Assembly: GCA_043228905.1 (NCBI GenBank) | Contig: JBHGNT010000015.1 | Span: forward strand, 1,984,001-2,048,000 | Length of the DNA stretch: 64,000 nucleotides | Source: Azolla caroliniana | Lineage: Eukaryota; Plantae; Polypodiophyta | Direction of reading: 5' to 3' | The notes under the pieces: model-generated | What the model saw: the letters and a program-made list of their open reading frames with translations, nothing else | Databases searched by the model: none | What the model was told of the DNA's origin: nothing | Made by a program: the position numbers and the translations under genes | Shown: positions 12,701 to 23,620 of the stretch, piece by piece | Layout of the letters: every line of letters starts with the position of its first letter | Numbering within the stretch: the stretch's first letter is position 1

Positions 12701-15164
12701 CTCTACGAGGAGCAGTCCCGACCGGCAAGAGACCGGTTAGCACTCGAGGATCCGGCCGAAGACGGTGAAGAAACACAACCGGCCGAAGAAGATGAAAATG
12801 ATACCGGAACCGGCCCCGATCCCGAAATGGATTCGGATGAAGAAGAATCGGAAGAACCGGTTACCGAAGCTCCGGAACGGAGATATCCTCTAAGAGAGAG
12901 AAGGGCCCCCCGGAGATTTCCGGAACCAGAGCACGTGCTGCTAACCGACGAGGGGGAGCCGGAGAGCTTTGAAGAAGCAAAACATGACACCCAGAGCCGC
13001 AGGTGGTTGAGTGCCATGCAGGACGAGATGGATTCCCTGCATGAGAACCACACATATGAACTTGTGGAGCTGCCGAAAGGAAAACGGGCACTCCGTAACA
13101 AGTGGGTGTTCAAGCTGAAACCGGGAGATGCCGGAAACCCCCCGAGATACAAAGCCAGGATCGTGGTGAAGGGGTTTCAGCAGAAGAAGGGCGTCGACTT
13201 CGACGAGATATTTGCCCCGGTAGTGAAGATGACCTCCATCCGGACGGTGCTGAGCATAGGGGCAAGCATGGACCTCGAGGTAGAACAAATGGACGTGAAG
13301 ACGGCATTCCTTCACGGTGACCTCGAAGAAGAGATCTACATGCAGCAACCGGAAGGATTCGAGAAGAAAGGGAAGGAGCACCTGGTATGCCGGTTGAAGA
13401 AGAGCCTTTACGGACTGAAGCAGGCTCCCCGGCAATGGTACCGGAAGTTCGACTCCTTCATGACCGACGAAGGGTACCTCAAAACGCAGTCCGACCACTG
13501 CGTGTTTGTGAAGAAGTTCGAAGGAGGAGACTTTCTAATACTCCTTCTGTACGTGGACGACATGTTGATCGTCGGACGGGACCAGGTCAAGATACGGATG
13601 CTGAAGAAGGCTCTTCACCGAACCTTCTCAATGAAGGACCTGGGTCTGGCGAGGCAAATACTAGGGATGCACATCATCCGGGACCGGAAGAAGAAGCAGT
13701 TGTGGCTGTCACAGGAGAAGTACGTGACGAAGGTGCTTCACCGGTTCAACATGTCGGAAGCAAGACCGGTCGGATCGACCCTCCCGGCAAACTGCAAGCT
13801 GTCCAGCAAGCAAAGTCCCAAGACAAAGGCTGAAAAGGAGGATATGATGAAAGTGCCGTATGCCTCAGCCGTCGGGAGCTTGATGTACGCCATGGTGTGT
13901 ACGAGACCGGACATAGGATATGCAGTCGGAGTGGTGAGCCGGTACATGAGCAATCCCGGCAAAGAGCATTGGAACGCGGCCAAGTGGATACTCCGATACC
14001 TGAAGGGCACGGCAAACGTGTGCCTCCGATTCGGCTCCGGTAAGCCCGAACTCGACGGCTTCACCGATTCGGATATGTCGGCTGATGCAGATACCAGCCG
14101 GTCCACATCAGGGTATGTGATGACGTATGCAGGGGGAGCTGTTTCGTGGCAGTCGAGGCTGCAGAAGACGGTTGCGTTGTCAACCACGGAGGCGGAGTAC
14201 ATGGCAGCTGTTGAAGCCGGCAAGGAAGTAATATGGATGAAGGATTTCATCAGAGAGCTCGGTATCCGGCAGGAGGAGTACCGACTCTACTGCGACAGTC
14301 AGAGTGCAATCCACCTTGCGAAGAACGCGGCCTATCACTCCCGGACGAAGCACATCCAGCGAAGATATCACTGGATCCGGGAAAGGATAGAAGACAAGGA
14401 GTTCGTGCTGACGAAGATCCACACGGACGAGAACGGGTCGGATATGCTGACCAAGGTGCTCACACCCGACAAGCTGGAAGCATGCCGGAAGAGGATCGGA
14501 TTGGAGAGACATCCCATGCCGAAGTGAAGGGGGAGTTTGTTGGGATTTCGGTCCCTTCGGATGGGATGGTCGGATGTCGGAGACGAATGCCGACAAGCCC
14601 GGTTTCGGTTTCGGATCCGGATGACGAAGACCCCGGCTTCGGTGCCGGATGACGAAGGTACCCGGAGAGCGATCCGGATGCAGGGACATATCCGTGAATA
14701 TGTTCGCTATGGGCCCCTGAGGCCACAGTTGTAAATAGCCCTAAAGTCATATATGTATAAATATGACTTAGGGCAAACAGTTTTTGTGTTGCTTCTCATT
14801 TTTCTGTTTTTCCACTTTAGAGGAGTAAAGAGAGAGAGCAGCCGTGAGAGAGAGAGAGAGAGAGAGAGATAGAGCGCGAGAGAGGAAGAGGTAGACGCCT
14901 CTGTGTATTTCCGCCGCCTGTGGTGAGGACAGCGAGCTCAAGGTCGTCGCCTTGCAGCTCGCCATTGTATACTTCTTTTGTATAGCGTTGGTTTGGAGTC
15001 TCGTACTCCCGTGGTTTTTCCCATCTAGGGTTTTCCACGTTAAATCCCTGTGTGCTCGTGTTTTGTTTCTTTCTCCGTGTGGTTCCTATTTTCTGCTCCA
15101 TTGATCCGCGATTACTCGGCTGTGGCCGAGAGGCGAAGGTGAATAGAAGCGTCTATTCCTTGCA
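9798..15164 (+). mobile_element. Intact Ty1/copia LTR retrotransposon (Tork/Tnt1-like)
   Basis: 627-bp LTRs at 9798-10424 and 14538-15164, identical by eye; TSD GTTCA (9793-9797, 15165-15169); PBS TGGTATCAGAGC 10428-10439 (tRNA-iMet); PPT AAGGGGGAG 14527-14535. Confidence 0.97.
10454..14527 (+). CDS. Copia gag-pol polyprotein (Gag, CCHC, protease, integrase, RT, RNase H)
   Basis: Uninterrupted ORF: CFHCGKPGHFRKNC, WVVDSGAS, WHKRLCH..CTDC, DNGGEY, YKARIVVKG, LYVDDML, TDSD..STTEAEY..CDSQSA..KHI. Confidence 0.95.
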   Translation: MEGGGSGQPMMMVLNAQNYADWKIKMEDLLIVRDLYEPIDRSEIPKGVLESEWKLLNRKAVATIRQYVDVSVLQHVANDTNAYEMWKKLSGLYERKNALNRTSLMRKIVNLKYRDGESMVEHVSTFMGFVNQLAAIKFPLEDAMQAIILMCTLPESWENLVVTLSTSCTEDNLSLQTVKTSILNEEARRRDKEPTSDPKMLFTESDRGRQWNRSPQRREKSGTRSQSRGRPTCFHCGKPGHFRKNCRHYRKDNGADDTDSKKSPERNGAYRGTTDRRGSDRRGQDRKGTTALAASEEEIMLITEESDVNIAGDETTWVVDSGASFHLTPERRYFSSYTAGEHGCVRMGNEGTCRIAGIGDVWLTTPTGCKMLLKDVRHVPEVRLNLISAGRLDDEGYTGSIRNGVMKFSKGSLIVARARKDNTLYLMNARLCPEELNVAADTAGELWHKRLCHMSEKGMKRLAEDNLIPVKHVHLEKCTDCLAGKQNRTSFHSRPPTRRSAPLELVHTDVCQVETKSHGGAQYFVTFIDDHSRRLWTAPLKTKDQVLSVFKELHARVERESGKKLKAIRADNGGEYRGQFQEYCRSKGIRLEFTVPKTLELNGLAERMNRTIMERVRSMLAHAKLPKGFWAEAMSTATHVINRSPLVPLDGDTPQKVWTGKEVSYRHLKVFGCLAYVHVAKDRRGKLDPKTRPCIFLGYGDDEFGYRVWDPVDKKIFRSRDIIFMEDKTLADWESEKKMKSSKSTGEDQLYEEQSRPARDRLALEDPAEDGEETQPAEEDENDTGTGPDPEMDSDEEESEEPVTEAPERRYPLRERRAPRRFPEPEHVLLTDEGEPESFEEAKHDTQSRRWLSAMQDEMDSLHENHTYELVELPKGKRALRNKWVFKLKPGDAGNPPRYKARIVVKGFQQKKGVDFDEIFAPVVKMTSIRTVLSIGASMDLEVEQMDVKTAFLHGDLEEEIYMQQPEGFEKKGKEHLVCRLKKSLYGLKQAPRQWYRKFDSFMTDEGYLKTQSDHCVFVKKFEGGDFLILLLYVDDMLIVGRDQVKIRMLKKALHRTFSMKDLGLARQILGMHIIRDRKKKQLWLSQEKYVTKVLHRFNMSEARPVGSTLPANCKLSSKQSPKTKAEKEDMMKVPYASAVGSLMYAMVCTRPDIGYAVGVVSRYMSNPGKEHWNAAKWILRYLKGTANVCLRFGSGKPELDGFTDSDMSADADTSRSTSGYVMTYAGGAVSWQSRLQKTVALSTTEAEYMAAVEAGKEVIWMKDFIRELGIRQEEYRLYCDSQSAIHLAKNAAYHSRTKHIQRRYHWIRERIEDKEFVLTKIHTDENGSDMLTKVLTPDKLEACRKRIGLERHPMPK

Positions 15165-15836
15165 GTTCACGCTCGTCACCACATAAGGTCCAAACCACCG
15201 TCTCACAAATTTTTGGGTCGACCAGTGCTGGTTGTTGTAGACCAGCACCTAGTCTCCTTCCTCGATCTTCCACGGCTGGAGTCGGTGCATTTGGACATAC
15301 CTGCCCTTGTTCTTCTTCCTTGCCTCTTCTATTCTCGCCGTCACTCATTCCACATTCTCTGGCATCCACTTAAGTTGTCGAATCCGTGCAGCTAACAATT
15401 CCTCCTGGCTCATCTCCTCTGCCCACTCGACCAACATCCATGAGGCTATCATCCACTCCATCGGCATGATCGGTTTCTGTCCGAACTCGGTCGTCATGTA
15501 CCCGGTCACCGAACTGTGCGTAGTTTGGTCAGCCCACAATGCATACGGGAGAAGCCTCGGCCAGTTTTTGACTCATTTGTCACATGCCCGCACTATCGCT
15601 TTGACGATCGGCCCGTGCCTTCGTTCGACCTTCCCGTTCACTTCCGGATTGTACACTGTCTTGAGGGAAAGCTTTTGATCCCTAGTCGGTCAAATAACTT
15701 CTCGGCTTCTTGTGCGTCTAGCTCCCCTCGGTTGGCCACGATCTTCTCGACACACCTGTACCGGGAAATCATGTCCTCGATTAGAAATAGGCACACGGAT
15801 TCTATTGTCTTGTTTAGCAACGCTCGACCCTGCACC

Positions 15837-16022
15837 TGGTTGTCAAGTCCTCTCTTGCAAGCACCAGTTACCACATTTGCCCTAACCCCATCGGCATTGT
15901 CACTAAATCGACCATCCACTTGAAGTGAATGGTTGTCAAGTCCTCTCTTGCAAGCACCAGTTACCGCATTTTCCCTACCCCCATCAGCATTGTCACTAAA
16001 TTGACCATCCACTTGAAGTGAA
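15837..16022. repeat. Local tandem duplication (93-bp period) inside decayed integrase
   Basis: TGGTTGTCAAGTCCTCTCTTGCAAGCACCAGTTACC... begins at 15837 and again at 15930. Confidence 0.8.
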
Positions 16023-16321
16023 TGGTTGACGGGTAGGTCGGCTGCAACCCGTCGCAGTGCCGTATTCTGGAATGTATTCGTGACAACTCTCGCATGTCTT
16101 CACGAAGTGGTGGACGTCACGATACATTCCTGACCATTAGTACTTCTCCTTAAGCTTCTCGAACATGGCCCATGTTCCCTGGTGTCCGGACTAGGGACTC
16201 TTGTGGAACTTCGACACGAACATCGATTGTTCCTCCTCCTTTGTCACCACCCGGAATGGAGTGCCATTCTGCCTCTTCGGGTGCCGCCACATCTTTCTGT
16301 CTCATAGAAAGAACTTGTGGG

Positions 16322-16540
16322 TGTCACGAACATGATAATAGTCATGTCAAAATTCAAACTATTCACCTCTTGTATATGGTCAAGTGTAATATTCTAACCA
16401 ACACATCCAAATACATGGTCATGTTACCTATATCATAGTAGATTATTAGTAGATCATCTATTCCAAGTTCTAGAAGTTTTTAGAAGCTTCAAGACAGCTC
16501 TAAAAGCTTATGTATGAAAATGGGTCGATGCATGGAATTA
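16322..16540 (+). mobile_element. AT-rich LTR-like fragment inserted in the decayed Gypsy
   Basis: Starts TGTCACG; abrupt composition change; HSE-like array at 16468-16490; no TSD, and host sequence is missing at the junction. Confidence 0.45.
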
Positions 16541-17702
16541 CATGCCGTTTTCGTCGTCGTACCGTGCCCTTGATAGCATGTTGGCCATGGTGTTGTCTTT
16601 CCTGGAGATGTGTCATATCTCCGGATTCAGGGACTTTATGTACACGATCGATTGGAGCATTGCCAGGTCCGGAGTCGTGCATACGGAAACCATACTGATG
16701 ATCGGTAGGCAATTCGTCTCGATGATTACTTTTGCCCCAATCAGAAATGATACCCCACAATTTGCGTTTAATTTGGGCGTATCCTTGTTGCCGCTCGCTC
16801 AACACCTTCGCACTGAACCGGATGGGGAACTGTGTTCTGACTTCATCCTCTTGATTGATCACCCAGACAATTTCGGTTGGACTCATGTCGACCATCACGT
16901 AAACTTGGTTGTCCGCCTTGTACACTGCTTTCCAGAGAGCCAAGGCCGTCGTCAACATCTCCTTCAGTTTCCGGATCACCTCTGTGTGCTCGTCACTCCA
17001 TTCGAACTTCCGGTCTTTCTTAAGCAAGCCATAGAGCGGTTTGGCAATATGCGCATAGTGTGGAATCCAAATGTGGTAGAAGGCGCACACTCCCAGGAAC
17101 CGTCGGACTTCCGTGACCGAGATGCATCATTCCTTCATCGCCGAGATGGCCTCTAACTTCGCCAGAGATGGTCTCTGGCCGTATGGTCTGCAGAGATGTC
17201 CGACCACCAAGATCTCTGATTGCCAGAATGCCGACTTCTCCCCGGAGAAGGTAAGTCAAGCGCCCTCAAGCCTCTTTAGTATCTTCCCGCAAACGGAGAT
17301 GTGGTCCGCGACAAATTTCTGACATCCGTCCACTCCGTCCACTCCGACCAATTCATCCTTCGCTTCCTCCGGACATCCCTTGATCGGGATGTCGTCTAGA
17401 AAAGGCATGGTGATGTCCGGGATGCAATCCCTCAGCACCTTCATCGTATTCACCATGTGCGCCACCGAATTTGTTCCACCCTGCGGTAGGGTACACATCC
17501 AAACTAGGCCGAGAGGGGTTCGCATCATCGTGATATCCCTACGCTCTACGACAAGCTGGAATTGGTCGTACCCGGAATACAAGTCTTCGACTGAGTAGAT
17601 GGCCTTCCGGAGAAGGACTCTAAGAACTCATCAATTGTCGGACCGACTCCTGCATTTCGAATGGTCACCTTGTTGACCATCTGCAGGTCCTGGATAAATC
17701 GC

Positions 17703-18862
17703 TGTTGAGAATCAAGCTCAACATAGCACAACGTGTGAACACACCTTTTGAGAATCTATGATTACTCAAAGGTCAAGGGTCACACCACTACTCTCTACAC
17801 ATTAACTATGTGTCATAGAATCATATTCTATGACACATAACTAATGAGTTACATATTCCCCATGACTATGAGTCTTCACATTCCCCAAGAGAGAGACTGG
17901 TTGTTGTAAGTTAATGAAGAGAGAGGGTGACTCTATATAAAGCACCCTCCTCATACTTCATACTAAGTCGGTTGTGACTCCTTGTAATGCTACTTTTTGT
18001 ATTTCCTATTCTACTTGTGAATATACACCTTCTTCTTGAGTATTCCTTTTTCTATCTATCTTGTGTTCTCTCTTCTCTCCTCTAATTCCTCTCACACATA
18101 CACATAACACACATCTCTTCCGCTACACAAGAATCATACCCGATTCTTTACATGGTATCAGAACGATTTGGTAGCTCGATCTAGCCCACTCGCCTCATCG
18201 TGATCGTGTGTTGTGCTCTATGCTGACGTTCAAGAAGAACCGGCTCATCGCTATCGTAGTACCACTACATAGCTCGTGTTCAAGAGAGAATGAAAAGAAG
18301 AAAGGAAGCTTAATCGACAATGAATACTCAAATGGGGAGTGCTCTACCTAGCGAGAAGTTGGACTGAAACAACTTTGCATCTTGGGAGTACAAGATGCAC
18401 CAATACCTTGTCGGCCAAGGCTATTGGGGTTACATCAAGGGAGCAGAAGAAAACCAACCCGACCCGGAAGACGCCAACTATGCAACGTGGGAGCAAGCGG
18501 CAAGCCGAGTGATGTATTGCTTGGCGACATGTGTTCACGACCACATGCTTGGGTACATTCGAGAAGCCGAGACACCGAAGGAAGTGTGGGAGAATCTACG
18601 AAAGATTTTCGCCGCCAACACTACCGTGAGAAAGCTTCAACTCCGCCAAGAGTTGAACAACATTCAACAAAGGGATATGTCCATCACAAGCTACACCTTG
18701 AAGATCAAGGAGCTTTGCGACTTGCTTGGCTCGATAAGCGTCAATGTGGATGATGATGAAATGGTGCAAATATGCCTCGGCGGCCGTGCACCATGATTCG
18801 GCACGATGCGGACCGCCGTACTAGCACGGGAGAATCCACCCTCCTTCGATCTTCAATCTATG
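17703..18862 (+). mobile_element. 5' part of a Ty1/copia element (LTR, PBS, gag); related to 52231-62803 and 62804-64000
   Basis: LTR 17703-18152 (TGTTGAG...TTTACA); PBS TGGTATCAGA from 18153; gag WEYKMHQYLVGQGYWGYI...RKLQLRQEL with stops. Confidence 0.85.
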
Positions 18863-18888
18863 TGCGGCTTGCCAATTTGGCAAGCAAT

Positions 18889-19015
18889 TGTCAAGAATAG
18901 TACTAAATAGAGATAGGATTAGTACTAAACAGAGAGAGAATTAGTACTAGAGAAGGGAAGTACTATTAGAACTAAGGGGACGGGACTGCGTAAGACTCCC
19001 GAGAGAGGAAGAGAA

Positions 19016-19053
<38 letters not shown>

Positions 19054-22000
19054 CGAGGACGAGAGATGATGATAATAGATTATATATTATAAGAAGAGTA
19101 AGTACAAAAGGGCTATGAGGCTAAAGACTGGCGTTGAACCAATTTGGTTCAACATAATGCCTAGTGCCCTCTTTTATAGTGTTCTCAGGAGTAATCTTGA
19201 AGCTTCTAGAATGTTCCAGAGAAATCTGGAATATACATTGATTTCCTATAACAAAATGTAAATGAAAATAATATCCTACGTATTACAATAGATGATATAA
19301 TGGTCAAGAGCTCGACCCATATAACCTAAGGTCATGGGTTCGAGTCTTGCCATATCATGACACTATCCCCCCTTTAAAACGACGAGTGTCACGAGTCGTT
19401 TTGGATGGAGGACCCGGTTTGTGTGGATATTGCCGATGGAAGTCTTCAAGAAGCGCACGAGCATTGGTCACATTCTCGATCGGTTCCCAAGTATGTTCGC
19501 TGGGACTATAGCCTAGCCAATCGACTAGATAGTAGAGCTTGTTGCGAACAATCTTGGAATCAAGGATAGCGGCAACCTCGTACTCCGGTCCATCTTGAAG
19601 CTCGATCGGGGGTGGAGGTTGTATAATACGCCCTGGGATGGTGCCCTCGTGATAGGGTTCAAGGAGAGAACTATGAAACACTGGATGTATCCGAAGTTGA
19701 GGAGGTAGATCGAGACGAAAAGCAACATCTTTAATATTCCCGATAATATGGAAAGGACCTAATCGCCGATAATCCAACTTCTCACATGGGCGAGTAGTCT
19801 TGATGTGTCGTCGTAGCAGCCACACCCGATCTCCAATGTTAAAACTAGATGGAAGTCGATGACGATCCACGTAGACCTTGTGTGTTTGTTGAGCTTGCTG
19901 GAGATGAGTACATAAATCTGCTTGTATCTTGCGTAACTGCTCCAAACGATCCTCCGCGCAAGGATTTATGGACACCTCTGGGGTTTCAAGTACACTCCAC
20001 CGAGGGTGACATCCTGTATAAGCATAAAATGGCGAAACTTTAGTCGATGCATGGATAGAGTTATTATAGGCAAATTCGGCGAAGTGGAGAATATCTACCC
20101 AGTTATCCTGATGATAGCTGAGACAACACCGCAAATACTGCTCCAGCATTTGATTTGTTCGTTCGGCTTGGCCGTCGGTTTGTGGGTAGTAGCCGGAGGA
20201 GAGGTTACAAGTGACCTTGAGCATTTTAAAAAGGTGCTTCCAGAATTTTGACACGAACTGGGGTCCACGATCGCTGACGATACTATCGGGGAGTCCATGA
20301 TGCCGACATACTTCACGCATGACAATTTCGGCGGTGTCTTCACTTGAGATTTCCTTAGTACATGGCAAGAAATGAGCCATCTTCGTATATCGATCTACCA
20401 CTGTTAGAATCGCATTCAACCCCTTAGAGACTGGAAGATCTGTGATGAAGTCGAGAGCAATGGATTGCCATGGCTTTCTTGGAATTGGTAATGGTTCTAA
20501 TAAACCATAGGGATGATGCCTCGACATTTTCGCTCTGCAGCATGTATCACAAGTTTGAACAAACTCTTCGACAAATTGTCGCATACGTGGCCACCAGAAT
20601 GATCGTTGTACTAAATCTAATGTTTTAGTACTACCAAAATGCCCAGATGTATATGTGTCATGACAGTTTTGTACTACTTGAAGGCGGCAAGAACCATTAG
20701 GAACATACAAAAGTTCTTTAAAGAAGAGTAATCCATCATGGTATTTGAATTGCCGATAATCCGTACCTGGTGGTTGTGACTGTGAACACGACGCTCGAGA
20801 GGGATCAATTTGTGCTAGTATAGCTTGGGCGAAAGCATCTGTCTTCAGGTCTGCACGTATGATATTGATAACGAGGGAATCCATGGGCATGCCAAAAACC
20901 TGTGTTGCTTGCAGTCGTGCCGGTCCCAAGATTACTTGCTTTTGGTTATCAAAAGCCGGCTCGCCGGGACGCGGTGTTAGATACGAACGCCGTGATAATG
21001 CATCTGCCTTCCCTTGGTGCTTCCCCGGACGATATGTAATTTTGAAGTCGAAACGCGTGAGGAAGTGGGCCCACCGAGCTTGACGTCGATTTAACACTCG
21101 AGCATCATGAAAGTAGGCAAGGTTTTTATGATCACTGAATACGGTGACTTGATGAGAGGACCCCTCTAAAAAATGCCTCCATTGCATAAACGAGTCCACT
21201 ATTGCCAATAGCTCCTTATCATGAATTTCGTAATTGATTTCGGCGGCGTCAAACTTGCGTGATTGAAAAGCCACAGGATGTAGCTTCTCATCATGACCCC
21301 GTTGTGATAGAATGCTCCCCAATGCGAAATCCGATGCGTCAGCTTCGATAATGAATGGTAGTTCCGGATCGACATGAGCTAGAATTGGAGCCGATGTAAA
21401 TGCCTTTTTAAGACTCTCGAAAGCCATATCTGCTTCTTCAGACCAAACGAACAATTGTCCCTTCCTGGTAAGCTGTGTGAGAGGCAGACCCAGCTTTGAG
21501 TAATCTTGTATAAACTTCCGGTAAAAATTGGAAAACCCTAAAAAGCATTGCACATCCCGCACCGAGCGCGGAGCCTACCATTCTACCACCGTCTTGACCT
21601 TAGCTGGGTCCATGGAGATACCTTCTGAGGAAATGACGTAGCCGAGAAATTCCACCTGGTTGCACCCAAAACTACATTTTTCTAGCTTTGCGTAAAGACC
21701 ATGTTCTCGAAGTCGTTTTAGTACTAACAGTACATGAGAATCATGCTCTTCTTCGGTCTTTGAATAAATCAGTAGATCATCCAAGTAGATGATCAGACAC
21801 ACATCCAAGAGATCTCGGAATATATCATTTGCCATGTGCTGGAAGACGGCTGGCGCATTAGTGAGGCCGAACGGCATGACCGTATACTCGAAGTGCCCAT
21901 ATCTAGTGCGGAATGCGGTCTTCCATTCATCTCCTGGTCAGATCCGTATGAGGTTATAGGCCCCCGTAAGTCGATCTTTGTGAAGAACCTGGCACCATTG

Positions 22001-23497
22001 ATCTGTTCTAAAAGATTTGAGATAAGGGGAAGTGCATACCTATTGCGGATTGTAACTTTATTCAAGCCACGGTAGTCTACCACCAGACGAAGTGAGCCAT
22101 CCTTTTTCTTGACGAAGAAAAAGGGTGCGCCGGCTGGAGATTTCGAATGTCGAATGAATCCATTCTCCAAGTTCTCCTCTATATAGGCTCGAAGGACTTC
22201 TAGCTCGGTTGGTGACAAATTGTAGATCGGTCCCCATGGTGGTTCTTTCCCCGGTTGTAAATCGATGGGGCAATCATATGGTCGATGGTGAGGAAGTGTA
22301 TTGGCTCGTACTTTATCGAATACATCGGCATAATGATGATACTTCTTTGGAAGCTGAACGGTGGACTCCTCTTTAATGGTGTCGGAGGGTTTTAGTGATA
22401 TTGCGAAGAGAAACATTTCTTCCTTGCGTCCTTCTTCCCGCAACTGATGTAGTGAAATGGTGGCAATCTTCTGAGTAGATCCTCGGGTTTGTCGTCACTG
22501 GATTTCTCTTGTTCTCCAATCTATGTCTGGGTTATGTAACTCGAACCATGGTAATCCCAAAACGATGGGATGTTCTGGGATACTAATAATGTTAAATGAT
22601 ACTACACATGCTAAGTTATCTAGGACAATATTAACGGGTTCTGACTCTTCTATGATATTTCCGGAAGCAATGGGACGACCATCAATGATGACTACAGAGG
22701 CTGGACACGGAAGTTTTCTAAGAGATATCTGATGAGCTTGGGCAAAATTCCTATCCATAAAGCAAGAATTAGCTCCGGAGTCTAGAAGTGCTAAGACGTG
22801 TACTGGAGGGGTACTTTTAGTACTAACTGTTACTTGGGCTACGAACACATTGCTAACTTGCTTAGAGGGAATGGAACCACTAATGGGCTGCACAAATCTA
22901 GGGCTGTCCAACCAAACGGCTCCTATTTTGGCTGGACTTAGTCGTTTAACTCTTCTTCTAACTGACTAAGGACATCAAATTTGTTCGCTAGATCTAGGCT
23001 ATTAGTACTATTAGTACTATCAGATATCCCTACTGTAATAGGCTCAGGTTTAGTACAATTAGAACTAACAACTATTTGGTTTACCTGTCTTCTTGGCCTA
23101 TTGGGACAATTGATTGCAATGTGTCCTGGTCCACCGCAGTAGAGACATAGTCGATTTGTTCGGCGTCGCTGCTTTTCTTCTTCGGATAATGGTCCTCGAC
23201 GACGTGTAGTGTCAATCTCCATCGGAGTCGGCGTACTCACTGGAGGCGCATTATAGTACTCCCTGGGTAAAGGTTTTGCTACCATTGAGGCGTAGGTGGG
23301 CTCTGATCTTGCCCTCGGCATCTGTAGCTGTTGTTCCGAACGTCGCTCAAAGAGGCGGTTATCACATCTTACCGCGCGACTGATTGCTTCTGTTAAGAAC
23401 TTTGGCTCTTCATGGAAAGTCAAGAGTAAATCCTTGACATCGTTGCGTAAACCATAACGAAATTTGCTCCATCAGCGCTTGATAATCCCAAGGGAGA
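18889..23497 (-). mobile_element. 5'-truncated Tcn1-like chromovirus (Ty3/gypsy)
   Basis: 3' LTR 18889-19362; PPT AAAGGGGGGATAG (19363-19375, minus); gag end with CLYCGGPGHIAINC; LLDSGA protease; YLDD RT; DAS RNase H; integrase; chromodomain. Confidence 0.92.
19355..22937 (-). pseudogene. pol: Tcn1-like pol (PR-RT-RH-INT-chromodomain) with a few stops and a frameshift
   Basis: ORF pieces 22495-22911, 21793-22443, 21575-21877, 19355-21562; C-terminal EYEVAAILDS..YLVDWLGY..TWEP chromodomain. Confidence 0.9.
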
Positions 23498-23581
23498 TGT
23501 TGGGGACGAGGTCGTCGTTGCGGAAGATCAAGCAACATTCGTTTCTTCTCTGTACCTGCGTATGGCTGTTTGTAGGTCGTT

Positions 23582-23620
<39 letters not shown>

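Larger units (their letters stand above)
8705..17702 (-). mobile_element. 5'-truncated decayed Gypsy of the same lineage as 1585-8441; hosts the Copia at 9798-15164
   Basis: 3' LTR 8705-9525 (TGTCAC...TGACA on +) followed by the reverse-complement PPT TCCACCCCCACCAAACC; minus-strand integrase (9526-9797, 15170-16320) and RH/RT (16541-17702; PLGLVWMCTLPQGGTNS, PFLDD). Confidence 0.85.
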
